Of a DNA stretch of 64,000 nt, positions 1 to 12,300 are shown one piece after another; positions within the stretch are counted from its first letter, which is position 1, and each line of letters begins with the position of its first letter. The notes below the pieces were generated by a model. It was not told the DNA's origin. It saw only the letters and a program-made list of their open reading frames with translations, and did no database searches. Origin of the DNA: Bugula neritina. Lineage: Eukaryota > Animalia > Bryozoa. Location of the stretch: contig OZ037767.1 of the NCBI GenBank assembly GCA_964035545.1, forward strand, positions 2,119,680-2,183,679, read 5' to 3'. A program made the position numbers and the translations under genes.

Positions 1-215
1 CCATGTTTTCTTTAATTCATAGTTTTTATGTGGATAATTTTCCAATAGTCTTAGATGTTCCTTTTGATTTTCTAACTTCTCTTAGAGAGTTAATTGATAT
101 GTTAGTTGAACCTAAATAAAGCCTCAAGTTTCAATTGTTAATAAAAAATTCCGAGTGAGAGCCATTGTGTTTGCAACTCATTGTATTATCATGTAACTGT
201 TGTATTTGTTTGTAG

Positions 216-3200
216 AGAGGGCGAGGGACTGGCCAGAATGTGCATCAGGCTGGTCTCCAAACCCGCAGGTTCTTCTTCAGAGGAGAATGTGACATATGAG
301 AGCAAGTTGTTTGAAGTTCAGAAACCCAAACTGCTGGACGGATCTGAAAGAACTAAACTCATAAATATCATGTCTGCTATACACCATCTGCGGCCAGCCA
401 TGTATGTGAAGATATGTGTAGTTACTATACATTGTATTGGGTGTAGTTACTGTACATTGTGCTGTGTCTAGTTACTATACATTGTGGTGTGTAGTTACTA
501 TACATTGTGGTGTGTAGTTACTATACATTGTGCTGTGTGTAGTTACTGTACATTGTGTTGTGTTTAGTTTTATGCATTGTATTGGGTGTAGTTACTATAC
601 ATTGTGTTGTGTGTAGTTACTATACATTGTGTTGTGTGCAGTTACTGTACATTGTATTATCTGTAGATACTGTACATTGTTTCTCTTCTCCAGGTACTAG
701 GTTCAGATAAAAGCTAAGTAAGAATATTTTCACTTGATTGGTTTACAGCTTGTGTGTTAGAAATTGTGAAGTCAATTGTTTATTATCCTAAACCCCTCCC
801 CTCATACTTTTACCTGTGATTTGTATTCTTCGGTTGACTTTGTTTTCACCTTCAGGCAGGAGAAGCTAAGCAGCGCTATGACCTCTACGACCTTGTATGA
901 TCTCTCCTCGTATATCCTGAAGAATGACCTGTCGCAACTGGCTCTCGGGGTTTGTGACATCCTGGGTGGCTGTCGACACAGCAAGGAGAAGTTCCCTCTG
1001 GACAAGCAGTTTGCTGAGCAGGGAGGGAAATCTCTGCTCCACCTCAGTGTGCAGAGCAACTCTCTGGCCATTGTTCACTGCCTCGTCATGGTAGGATATA
1101 GTTATCATATTCTGTGAGAATTTCTGTAAATTAGGTTTGGTTTAACCTGGTGATAGTATACAACATTTATCTTATAGAACTGTATTTATTCCAGGTAGTA
1201 ACATAGAAAGTGTTATTAACTGGAATAAATGACGGATTAGAACATTCCAGAAGTTAAGCATTTAATATTCAATCAACATGCCAAGTTAACTTGAATATAA
1301 CAAATGTAGTATATCAAACTTGTGATGTACAGCCAAGGTATCTTGCTGAGATACTCACAAAATGTCGCCAATTTCACCGTGTGTTGTATCTCAGGCTGGG
1401 GCTGCTTTGAACACACCCGACCACAAGGGAGTCTCCCCTCTGATGTTAGCGGCGAAAGGAAACCAACTGGACATCCTCAAGTATCTCATAGGAGCCGGTG
1501 CCATGGTAAGCCTTTGCCTGTGGGACCTTCTGTATCGCAATATCAATATAGGCCAGATGTAGACGTTAACATAGACCTAGTTATACAACTTTATATAGAA
1601 CTAGTCATATTCATTTATATAAACTTAGTCATACACCTTTAGACATTATAGACCTATGCATAGAAAGTAACATATATATATATATATAAATATAGACAGA
1701 CCTATAAAGAAATGCTTACATAAGTGTCACTATCATTTAGAACAATTGGTATAGGTTATGGCAGGAACAAGGTTTTGACTACATCAGAAAGTGAATATAA
1801 ATACCGCATGTGTATAGTTTAGAGTTCAGTCAATACCAATGTAGATAGCTTGTCTACGAAACCTTTTGGGACTACAAAAGGAAATTTCAGTTAACAAGAG
1901 ATGCAACTGCCACAGACTTTAGAAAAGCAGATATTTTTTGTTCATTTGTGTGCAAAAGATATTCTGGTTAGTTTTTCCTATAAAATTAAGATAGGGAGAG
2001 AAAACACCTCTATTTGAGATTTGGTTAGCATAGTGTTGAGCTGATGCTCATAGCATGTTGGTATCATATTATTAGACTGACTGGAGGGACGTTGATGGCA
2101 TGACCCCTCTTCACATGGCCGCTGTCGCTGGACACAGGGATATCTGTGAATATCTGCTGAATCAGCACCATGCTAATGTAAACTGTGTGGTGAGTAGTGG
2201 CTGGCAGTTGATATCTAGTGAGCTAATCATGGTCACTTTTTGTGGTTGGTGTAGGCGGGGAGAAGATCTCATTCCTGTTGCTAAGCAGGCAAATCTGTTT
2301 TTGACGCTATTTTTTTTGTTCCACAATGTGTAGCAATTCATAAAATACAAGCTGCTCTAAAACCTTGACTAAACAGTACTCGTTATTTCTATGGTGAGAC
2401 TTATAATGAATTGTCCTTTTTTTCAAAATAGAGGACGCATTTACATAGATTATAGTTTAGTATGCAAAGTATTCTATAACTGTCAGTAATATAAAACATT
2501 AAGGAGTCAACAGCCTTTCTTATGACAGGGAAAATAATTTTTACAATGCTGTAATTCAATTTAAAGGTTAAGAGTTCATATACCTACAGCCTACTACCAT
2601 CAGTACGTCATTTAACATTTACACTGAAGTTTACTCCCATCTAGAGAAGACTTTATAATGTTTGAATACAGGACGAGGGAGGCTGGACACCATTGGTGTG
2701 GGCCATAGAGAATGGGCACACTCATGTAGTGAAGGCTTTACTCAGTGCTGACGCTGACATACATGTCAGAGACAGCGAGGGTAACGCCTCCATTCACTGG
2801 GGAGCCTACAGTGGTAACACCGACATTATAAAGTTGCTGGTGAACAGAGGTGCTGACGTGGAAGCTGTGAATGAGTTGGGTGACCGACCCCTACACATCG
2901 CCGTGAGACAAGCTAGAACTGAGGCTGTTATACTTCTGCTGTCCCATGGTGTTGACACGTCTGCTGTGAATAACCTGTTTCAAACCGCAGCTGAGGTGAG
3001 TCATTCTGTCACAATGACACCTGTCATAGCAAGTCAAAATATGTTTTGACTTGCCAAAATGAAACCTGTCAAGATAATATGTTAAGTGAGTCATTCTGCC
3101 AAAATGACCCTGCCATAGCAAGTCAGAATATGTTAAATTGTGAATTATTCTGCCAAAATGAAACTTGTTAAAATATGTTAAGTGAGTCATTCTGTCAAAA

Positions 3201-5855
3201 TGACACCTGTCATACCAAGTCAATAAATTATGTGAGTTGTGCTTCAGAATGTCACTCAAAAAGTCAACCATACCAACTGGGTGCCACAGTTTTTTTACTA
3301 TCATTAATTCAAAAGAGCACCTGCTCGAGTGAGTTATTTGTTCAGGGGCACCTGCTAAGTAAGTCATCTTGTTGGAAGGGCATATGTTACACGAATAAGC
3401 CAGGAACATTTGTAGGGAACAGCAACAGTGCTAGCATTATTTTATATTAGGGACCCACCACCTTTATCTAATGTATGCTATTTGAAATAAATATTACAGT
3501 ACTAAAAATTTGGCATACTGCTATTTCTTCACACAGTGCTGTCATGGAGCGTGCAGTGAAAACATGAAGTCATTTCTGCTGGTCAATGACATTTTAAGGT
3601 CATGTAAAGTTGACGGAATATCTTCTAAACCAGCCAAGCTACTTCATCGGTACGACAGATATTTCCAAGAACTATATTACCACGTAATGTGTATGTGTTT
3701 TATTATCAAAATTATATATTTATATTTTAATGAATTTGTATTTCTGTTACTATAGTGACATAGCTCGTGGCAAGGAGAAAGTACCAATACCGGTTGTGAA
3801 CGACGCAGACGACTGCAACTACCCTACAGATTTTATCTACGTTACGGAGTCTGTATTTACTTCTCACGTACCTGTCAACACTACTATCAACAGTTTGAAT
3901 GTAAGTGTTTTAACACTTCTATCAACAGTTTAAATAACTATCACCATTTGTTTAACCACTATCAACAGTTTTGAGTGTTTATTCTATCTGAAAATTGCAG
4001 GTTACGATTGGAGTTGTCCATTTGTCCACCAACTCCACTCGACTCAAAACTGCAGCAGTTCAAAATGATCAGATAAATTATCTTAAATAACCTGTCTACA
4101 CACTTTAATTGTTATACAATGGCACACCTCCTCTCATTAATTTCAGTTAGGACATATTTGTTTAAAGCTGCAGTTCCCTATTCACTAAAACAATTTACAA
4201 GGTAAAGTTGTCTATAAATAGCATACAGCTCACTGTCTTACCCACAATACATTACAGAGATGCAGCTGCTCCGGTGACTGCACGAGAGGAAGTTGTGCTT
4301 GTGCCAGAGCCAGTATCACTTGCTGGTACGAAGGCGGAGGGGTTCTCTCACCCGACTTTGACTTTGTGAGCCCCCCTCGTATCTTTGAGTGCAACAAGGC
4401 GTGTGGTTGCTGGAACACTTGCACTAACAGAGTTGTGCAGCATGGAATATCGTAAGATATCTTTCTGCCTTTAAATAATGAGTACCTGTGCCCTAGCGTA
4501 GCTCATGCTGGATGCCTGCTCGAGATTTTCTTGGTTTTAAGATTATTTTATAAGTTATTTGTAAAATGTTTGTATTGTAATTACTGCTAACTTGGCTGCT
4601 TGTTATTTCCGCAGAAGATATTTGTATTGGTACACAATATTCTATGGTGTCTGGGCAAGCAAGGTGCAATTTTATTTTTTTTTCTATAAATTATAATACT
4701 ATAATATATCGGTGTTCTTTTCCAGTGTACAGATGGAGTTGTTCAAAACAGCTCACAGAGGTTGGGGAGTGAAATCAAGACACAAAATAGCCAAAGGCAC
4801 CTTTGTCTGCGAATACGTTGGGGAACTAATCACAGACTCTCAGGCTGATGAAAGAGAAGATGATTCCTACTTATTTGACCTTGACTACAAGGTAGAGGTC
4901 ATATTGCGACAATGAAACTAAGTTGTTGCGCTGTTCCAACTGTTTATTGAAATGATCATTTTGTGAAATGTGTAAAAATCTTTGTGAGGTTTGGTGAATT
5001 TTTGAAGTTGAAAGAATGCACTCTAGTTTATTTTCAATAATTTGTGTTTTTATGAAATACTAATTTCTATACGAGGGTTATTACTAGTCCACCGTTTCAC
5101 ATTTATTTTAATTAGAGTGCGCAGTCGTTCCAAGTCATCTAAAGTTACGAGCTGTGAGTTATACTTAGTAATTGTATTGTAGGATGGTGACACGTTCTGT
5201 ATAGATGCCAAACATTATGGTAACATCAGTAGATTCATCAACCACAGATGTGAGCCAAACCTCACCCCTGTCAGCATATTTGTTGATCACCAGGATTTGA
5301 GATTTCCTCGAATCTGTCTGTTTGCAAACACAGATATTCCAGCCGGCACCGAGCTGGGGTAGGTATTTCCAGTTAGAGTAGGTATATTGAGCTGGGGTAA
5401 ATATACTGAGGTGGGGTAGGTATACTGAAGTTGGATAGGATTTTGAGCTGGGATAAATATAGTGAGGTGGGGTAGGAATACAGAAGTGGGTATACATGTC
5501 ATGCTAGAGTGGGTATACTAAACTGGGGTAGATATAGTGAGGTGGGGTAAGTATATTCTAATGTGGGGTAGATATAGTGAGGTGGGGTTTATATTACTGC
5601 TCTGCCACTTGATGTATGCAGAAGATTTCATAGTTTTACTACTTTTTTATCATAATGCTGCCTTATACATAAAGCTACTAATTTTTCAGTTTCGATTATG
5701 GAGAGAAGTTTTGGTTAGTCAAGTACAAGCATTTCCTGTGTGACTGTGGCTGTGATAACTGCAAGTACAACAAGTCCTCTATCGACAGCACCCTCGCTCT
5801 ACACATGGCAGCAACTGTTACCTCGCCGTCAGCTTCTTCCAACCCTCACAGCTAG
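216..5855 (+). CDS. EHMT1: Histone-lysine N-methyltransferase EHMT1/2 (G9a/GLP-like): ankyrin repeats + pre-SET + SET + post-SET; 5' end lies outside the window
   Basis: Phase-consistent GT-AG exons: 216-401, 856-1090, 1395-1505, 2076-2189, 2672-2995, 3537-3649, 3756-3900, 4258-4451, 4726-4891, 5183-5358, 5690-5855 (TAG). Ankyrin motifs ([34 protein letters not shown]), pre-SET ([12 protein letters not shown]...CSCSGDC...[10 protein letters not shown]...NRVVQHG), SET (GWGV...[10 protein letters not shown]...[11 protein letters not shown]...[15 protein letters not shown]...[11 protein letters not shown]), post-[11 protein letters not shown]. Invertebrates usually have one co-ortholog of EHMT1/EHMT2. 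Confidence 0.95.
416..680. repeat. Intronic minisatellite, ~20-22-bp unit GTGTAGTTACTATACATTGTG
   Basis: About 12 degenerate copies starting just after the donor at 402. Confidence 0.9.
2996..3232 (+). repeat. Donor-anchored tandem repeat (~45-54-bp unit beginning GTGAGTCATTCTG)
   Basis: Copies at ~2996, 3050 (partial), 3086, 3140, 3182. Confidence 0.85.
5351..5590 (+). repeat. Donor-spanning degenerate tandem repeat (~20-bp unit GAG(C/G)TGGGGTAGGTATA)
   Basis: Exon end GAGCTGGG|GTAGGTAT is reiterated about 10 times into the intron. Confidence 0.85.
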
Positions 5856-6702
5856 ATCATTGTTCAGTTAGTTCTTGTCTGAGATTTCAAATATTATTTT
5901 GTCAACTTCTGGCATTGTTATATTTTTTAAAAATATTTACTTGCCTTTTTAATGTTATATTATATATCTATTAGCCACTTTGATTTTTCAGTTAAAATTA
6001 AACAGCTAGTCTTTGTTTGGTTATTAAATTACTTCAGTTATCCAACTATAGTGCTTTTACCTGAAGTTTGTTTTAATGAGAATTTTAGAAAATTTGTCAA
6101 TACTTGTGCAGTTTTATTGCTTTATGTTTATTGCTTTATTTAAAACTCTTTTAGATATACTGTTGTGAATGACCGTGATAAAAGTTTTGCTTCTGTTTTT
6201 TGTTAATCGATCTGTATTACTTTCAATTTAGCCCAAATTATGTGTGTGCATGTATTTTGTTCTCCAAATACTTAATTTTGTCAGAATCTCTTTTCATCAT
6301 TGAGCTGTGGATTTAGTAACCCTAATAGTTTTGGTATAACATTGCTTGAATGTTTTTAGCTTCTATTGCTTTATTGGTCAATCAAACTTTTGTAAGCTAA
6401 TTACTTGAAATGATGAAAAATCCCAGCCAAGATTGTTACTGCATATATTGCAATCATAAATTTGCTGGATCTTGTTTTAAAGTTTCCATTCAATGACAAT
6501 CATTATTATATAAGCTTATAGGTGCTTAAAGTTAAATGTTGTGGAGTCACCATGTGTTGTTGAGGTTTAGCTGATAGCAAATGATAAGCTTTTGCTTTTG
6601 GAGATATTATTGAAATTTGAATGCTAACTATATTCTTATTGTATCCTTGTATATACACTGTAAATATTCTTGTACACAACTCAGCAGTTATAGTTTAAAG
6701 TC

Positions 6703-6708
6703 AATAAA
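6703..6708 (+). terminator. Candidate polyadenylation signal of EHMT
   Basis: AATAAA ~850 nt after the stop codon, just before the sequence composition changes. Confidence 0.4.
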
Positions 6709-7059
6709 TGGCCAGTTTAATGAAAGAAAACTAACAATATTATTTCTTGAAATTCAAAGCTAAGGTTTTATTCTCTATAATATTATACAATATATAGATT
6801 AACTTTGAAATATGTTGGTGTTGAAATTTATAATCTATATCATGGTGATGAATATGAATGATTATATAATATTAATTATAAATCATTAAATACTAATAGT
6901 AATAGTTATAGTAATAGCCAATAGGGTAATAAATAAAAATGAACATGGGTATAGCTGCAAACACCAAGTAGATCAACGCACCTGAAATCCTAAACAATAA
7001 AATTTAAGCAATAATCATTATTTTAATGCCAAAATCTGCAAGCATTCAACTGTTTAGCT

Positions 7060-7260
7060 TATACCAACAAGTATCGACATTATCGATTATATTGCAGGTG
7101 TTCGTGTTTGCTTACCGGATTTTGATAAAATGCAATATAAATCCGTTCGCGAAAGTTTATAACCTAACCAATTTTTTCGCGACTATTTTATTATTACTTC
7201 ACGCTGCTACAACGCCCGTTTATCAAACTAAGGAGTTGTAAAATGCCTAGTCACCTTTCT
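7060..7260 (+). promoter_or_regulatory. Candidate promoter/TSS region of the Grx-DEP-DUF547 gene
   Basis: Local CpG enrichment in a CpG-poor background (TATCGACA/TATCGATT, TTCGCGA twice), lying between the EHMT 3' end and the acceptor at 9371, which implies a non-coding first exon. Confidence 0.45.
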
Positions 7261-8877
7261 AAGGTCAACAATTTACACTTGACGCCATATGACTATTCAT
7301 TTTGAATATGTATTCTTAGATTTATTCATTAGTTCTAACTACTAGCAAGGAAATCCCATTATAATAATATTCATAGTGACATACTGGCAGTAATGTAATT
7401 AATGCAAAATGAAAATAAAATTGAAAATATTAAATAAATACTAAAAGTAAAAGTAAATACTAAAATAGTTAAAACTAAAAGTTAATAGCTTTGGCTTTGC
7501 TTTTACTTTTAGTTTTACTTTTATTTTCATTTTGTTTCTTGATCATCGTCATCATCATGATTGATCTTTTTACTACTATTACTTTTAGTTATACTTGCAT
7601 TACAGTTACTGGTTAGTGTTACTTATTAGTTATTACTATTAGTATTAATATAAATATTACTATTAGTTATATACTTATAGTTATACTAATATAAATATAA
7701 TTAATATTATACTTATGTTATAGTTATACTTATAGTAATTATCATTATGATTATGTAATACTAATAGTAATACTTATACTTATAGACATAGTTGATTCTG
7801 ATAGTAGTTGTTTAACTATGTACTACTACTTGTAGTATGTAAAACAAAGAATTATACTAAATCACTTATGGCTATGTCTGGCCCTATCACTATGATAATT
7901 GATACTCTATGGCTATAACTATAACTATAAGCATGACTAATACTATAACACTACCAATAACACTAACTGTAACAGTGTAAGACTAAGTGTAGTTGTTACT
8001 TATTACATTTACTATAATTATAATTATGATTATAATTATAATAATAATAATAATAACTCAGTATCAGTATGAGTATAAGATTAAGTATTAGTATACGCGT
8101 ACAGTTACTCTTAATCTTACAGTTACAGCTAAAATTTACACTTACAGTTTATTGTATAGTAATATTTATAGTATTAGTATTATCATTGGTATTAATATTA
8201 TATTTAACATCAATATGACTATGAGTCCCACTATGACTATGTCTATCAGTATATAAGTATTAATGTTACTGAAGTCAATTTCATAATTGGTATTTATTTA
8301 TTTATTCAAGTAATTATTAAACTTAATGTTATACTTTTTATTTGCAGTATTACTCAGTCTTATAGTAAGATTGAGTTTTAAGCTATAGTATCTGTATGAG
8401 TATCAGTGTTGTAATAGTTATAAAAAATAGCTGCTGATGAAAAATACAAATCGTCTTTAAGGTTTTAAAATAACATAGTATAGACAATGGGTTACTTTAA
8501 GTATCTATAAATTTAGTATCATAAAAAGTACAATCTCGTAAGTTTTTATTGAAGTATATGGGGTATATATTTAATTATATAATTGCTATTAGATAAGTAA
8601 GAATCATGGCCATTCACAGGTTTGAGCTCTTGTAGCACCTAATAATTAGTGTTAAGAAGTGAGCCTTTATTAACTGTAATAAAAAACCATTCCTAAGCCT
8701 CAAACGTGCTTCAAAGTTTCAAAGGTCAGTGATGGCATAATATTAGAATGGATAAATATGTATAAGTAATTATTAGTGATAATATAATTTACAATATCAG
8801 TAGCCATGAGCAGTTTAATGAAGAGCTTATATAGGCTACAGAGTATAGGTTATAGTAGTATAGGCTACAGTAATTGT

Positions 8878-8980
8878 AAGGAAAACAAAAATTTGTAACT
8901 TGCTATACCTTGCCCCCCCCCCCCCCCGCACAAATATAGCTGGAGGGCCGGGGCCCCGGGCCGCCTTTTGGAAAGCCCTG
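8878..8980. mobile_element. Short GC-rich insertion flanked by 15-bp direct repeats; probable transposon-end fragment
   Basis: GGCTACAGTAATTGT at 8863-8877 and 8981-8995 brackets 103 bp that contain a poly-C run and end in GGAAAGCCCTG. Confidence 0.55.
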
Positions 8981-9385
8981 GGCTACAGTAATTGTTAGGA
9001 GCTGTGAAATATTCATGTTTTCTATTTTCGTATCAATAAAGCCTAATGTTGAGCTGTACTCTGCCTTCACACTTCCTGTAAATTGCTACTATTATTAATT
9101 GAATTGACAAATTGCTTGCGCTTCAGAGCAATTCATACTTGTTTCACACCACATCAATAATTAGGTGCTAAGTCTAGACATTAAGAACACCTGTAAAATC
9201 AGATTTCTATACATTCTAATCTAAATAATCAATTCCAGACAGACTTATTTATTTAGCTAGCTAATGCACTGTGATAAAAGTCAATACATAATTATAGTTC
9301 TAATATTGAGTAGATTACATAACAATTTGTTAGTAACAGTTGATTATTCAAACACTGAGCATCTGTTTCAGTCTAACTGGTGAAG

Positions 9386-12300
9386 ATGGGAGACGACTAT
9401 CAAGGCAGAGTGCTAGTCTACTCTCTCACAGGTTGTGCTCATTGCAAAGCTGCTAAACACACTCTAACAACTTTAAACATTCCGTTCACTGACGTCAGCG
9501 TTGACCAATATGACTCTTCGGTTCGACAGGAAGTAAAGGAAAGGACGGGAAAGTCTACAGTTCCGCAGATATTTTTCAACGATGTCTACATTGGTGGAAA
9601 TGTAGAGTTACAAGGAGTTGTTAGTATAAACTTTATTTCTAATTCTTTTGTTAAATCAGACTGCTAATGAATTTTTTGTGGTTAGACTTGCAAGTTAACC
9701 CACCATGTTAACAAACAATGATAAATTATTTGTTTGATCTGTAATCTTGGAGTTATCAGCTCTGCATTAGCCAATTTATAGTTTGTCAAAAGTCTTCCAT
9801 TTCATGGGTTTTCTGCAATTTGTTAAAATTATCATTTTAATATAAAATGGGCTTTACATTGGTAGGTGAAAGACGAAGAGAAATGGAGTGAGTTAATTGA
9901 AAATATTAGGAGTAATCCCCCCAATGAGCAAGCACCTGCCCTGCCTGATGATAGTCTGAAGATAGGAGAGTCAGATTCTACGCTAAGTGCAGGTGTGCAA
10001 TAATTTACTTGACATATTTTTTGTTACTGTTTCTCTTAAATTGTAATGTATTTTTATTATTTAGAGGTAATAGAATTCATCCAGCGTGTGTTGATTTAGT
10101 TTGTGTTGAAAGATATCACTCACTGCCAACATGTCTTGTAATGCTGTGTAATTTCTATTGGCCAGCAATGCTGGGTATATTCATACTCGCTGCTTAGTAC
10201 ACACTTTATATTTTGACAAGTTTAAAATAAATGCTACAAAATCTTTAGTATAAAGTTACATAATGAGGTTGCTTCATGAGTTTAAAGCTACAATATTTTA
10301 ATTAGCTTATGGTTATTGTCTGATAGCACACAACCTATACTATTTCATAGCTTTTGTTTTCTTCCATTACTCAATGTTTGTTGCACTGAGGGTACACAAC
10401 TCCTACTTTTTGTTAGCTGTTGTTTTCTCATTGTTGGTTCTGTTAGCAGATGCAGACGACACGTTAGCCTGTGAACCCGATGAGTTTGCAAGGTTGGTGG
10501 CGGAGATCAAGTCTTCCGGTATCATTGCAGACCACAGAAGTGGAATATTCAAACAGAAGAGAACGTTTACTGGCAGAGACTTCGTTGCTTATGTGATGAA
10601 GGCTAAGAACATGGGTTAGCTGCTCATCCTATTTTAATGGCAGTGTGTTTCATCTCTCGGTTTTGAAGATCTGTAGGCTTAATTATACTGGAAGCCAGTA
10701 TCTGAATAGCAATTTTCTCATTTTCTTCAGTGCATTTATCATAGCATTAGCTCTCTTGTGGTGTGGGCAATATGCTGAATAAAATTGGAGTTATTCTCAC
10801 TTTCTGTTGGTAATTGACTGTTTGATGACCATGATTTACGCTTACAGATGAAAGCGCTGCCACAGGTCAAGGTCAGCAACTGCTTCAGCGTCACTTTATT
10901 TATGCTGTCAAACATCAACAAGGCTTCTCCAACTCGGACAATCTCTTTCGGCTCCTGGAAGATGACAACTCCGGGGCACTTAACCAGGGGGAGACTTCCT
11001 GTCAACCCTCGTCAGGTGAGTGAGCACTTCCTGTCAACACTCGTCAGGTGAGTGAGCACTTCCTGTCAACCTGCGTCAGGTGAGTGACTTCCTGTCAACC
11101 TACGTCAGGTAAGTGACGTCAATATGTGTTTGTAAACTATCACTGAAAGAGTTAGTTTAGAATGTTTAGTTTGAATCATGTAAACTTGTTGTGCGCTGGT
11201 TTAGTTGAGCTGCAATTTACACTCCTACGTCCTACTGTCATATATGGAAAGCATATAGCCTGATGCCCAGGTGCTCACAGGGCAACTGCGTGTCATATGA
11301 CCTTCACTTCAACGTTGAGATGTGTTTATTGGTTGCTATTCATCGCTAAAGAGTGCCACTCTTTTTCACCTCATTTATAAGAGAAGCGTGTCTGTAACTT
11401 GTGACTGCCACTAGATGAGTTTCCTGTTGCAGTGAACGAGTTAGGGGAGGAGTTAAGGAAGCTGATACTCAAGGTGTACAGTATCTACCTGTCAGCTGAC
11501 GGTAGGAAAGTAGACTATGATGGGATTTCTCGAAGCTCCGAGTTTAAGTTGTACCAAAAGTTGGCGCTACAGCTGCACAGAGTTGAGGTGGAGACGGCCA
11601 GTCGAGAGGAGAAGCTGGCCTTCTTCATTAATGTGTACAATGCGCTGGTTGTGCACGCTAATGTTGTCAAGGGACCTCCCACCAACATGTGGCAACGATA
11701 TAAGGTGTGTGCTGCCTATATAATAGTATATATTATTTTATCTTACTTTATATTACTTTATACCACTTTATATTACTCTATATTAGTCGTTTATATCACT
11801 AGTGCACAGTCTCAACCCCATACCATTCACTTAAAACAACTCTATACAACACAAAAACAACAGAACTATATTTTATTACGGCTATGATTATATCACAACT
11901 GTAATAGTTTAGCTTTATTAGTTCAACTTGAAGCTTTACACGTGTATTACACAATGTACAAAGCCAACATGTGGCTGGTAGCTGGTCATTGATTTTTGTT
12001 ATCAATTTTCTTCAAACTGACGCGTGCATAATTCACAATAGCTGTTAGAGTCAATATTTACCTGTTTGTTTTGATATTATATAACATATACTTGATATAT
12101 CATATGGTATATCTTTATGTTGTATTATATTATATATCCTTATGTTGTATTATATTATATTATAATATATCTTTACTATTGCTAAAACTAGAGCCATGAC
12201 TATTGAGTCATTTTACTTCATTTAGTACACACTGGATATCTTCAGTTTTTAGCTATTTTTCACAATTTAACTGCCAATGGACATGGGTTTTTTGACCAAA

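Noticed and set aside
2891-3409. 172-aa minus-strand ORF with repeated HFGRMTHL
   Set aside because: Antisense reading of the intronic tandem repeat and an EHMT exon.
5165-5502. Minus-strand ORFs with YPTSVYLP repeats
   Set aside because: Antisense to a SET exon and the donor-spanning repeat.
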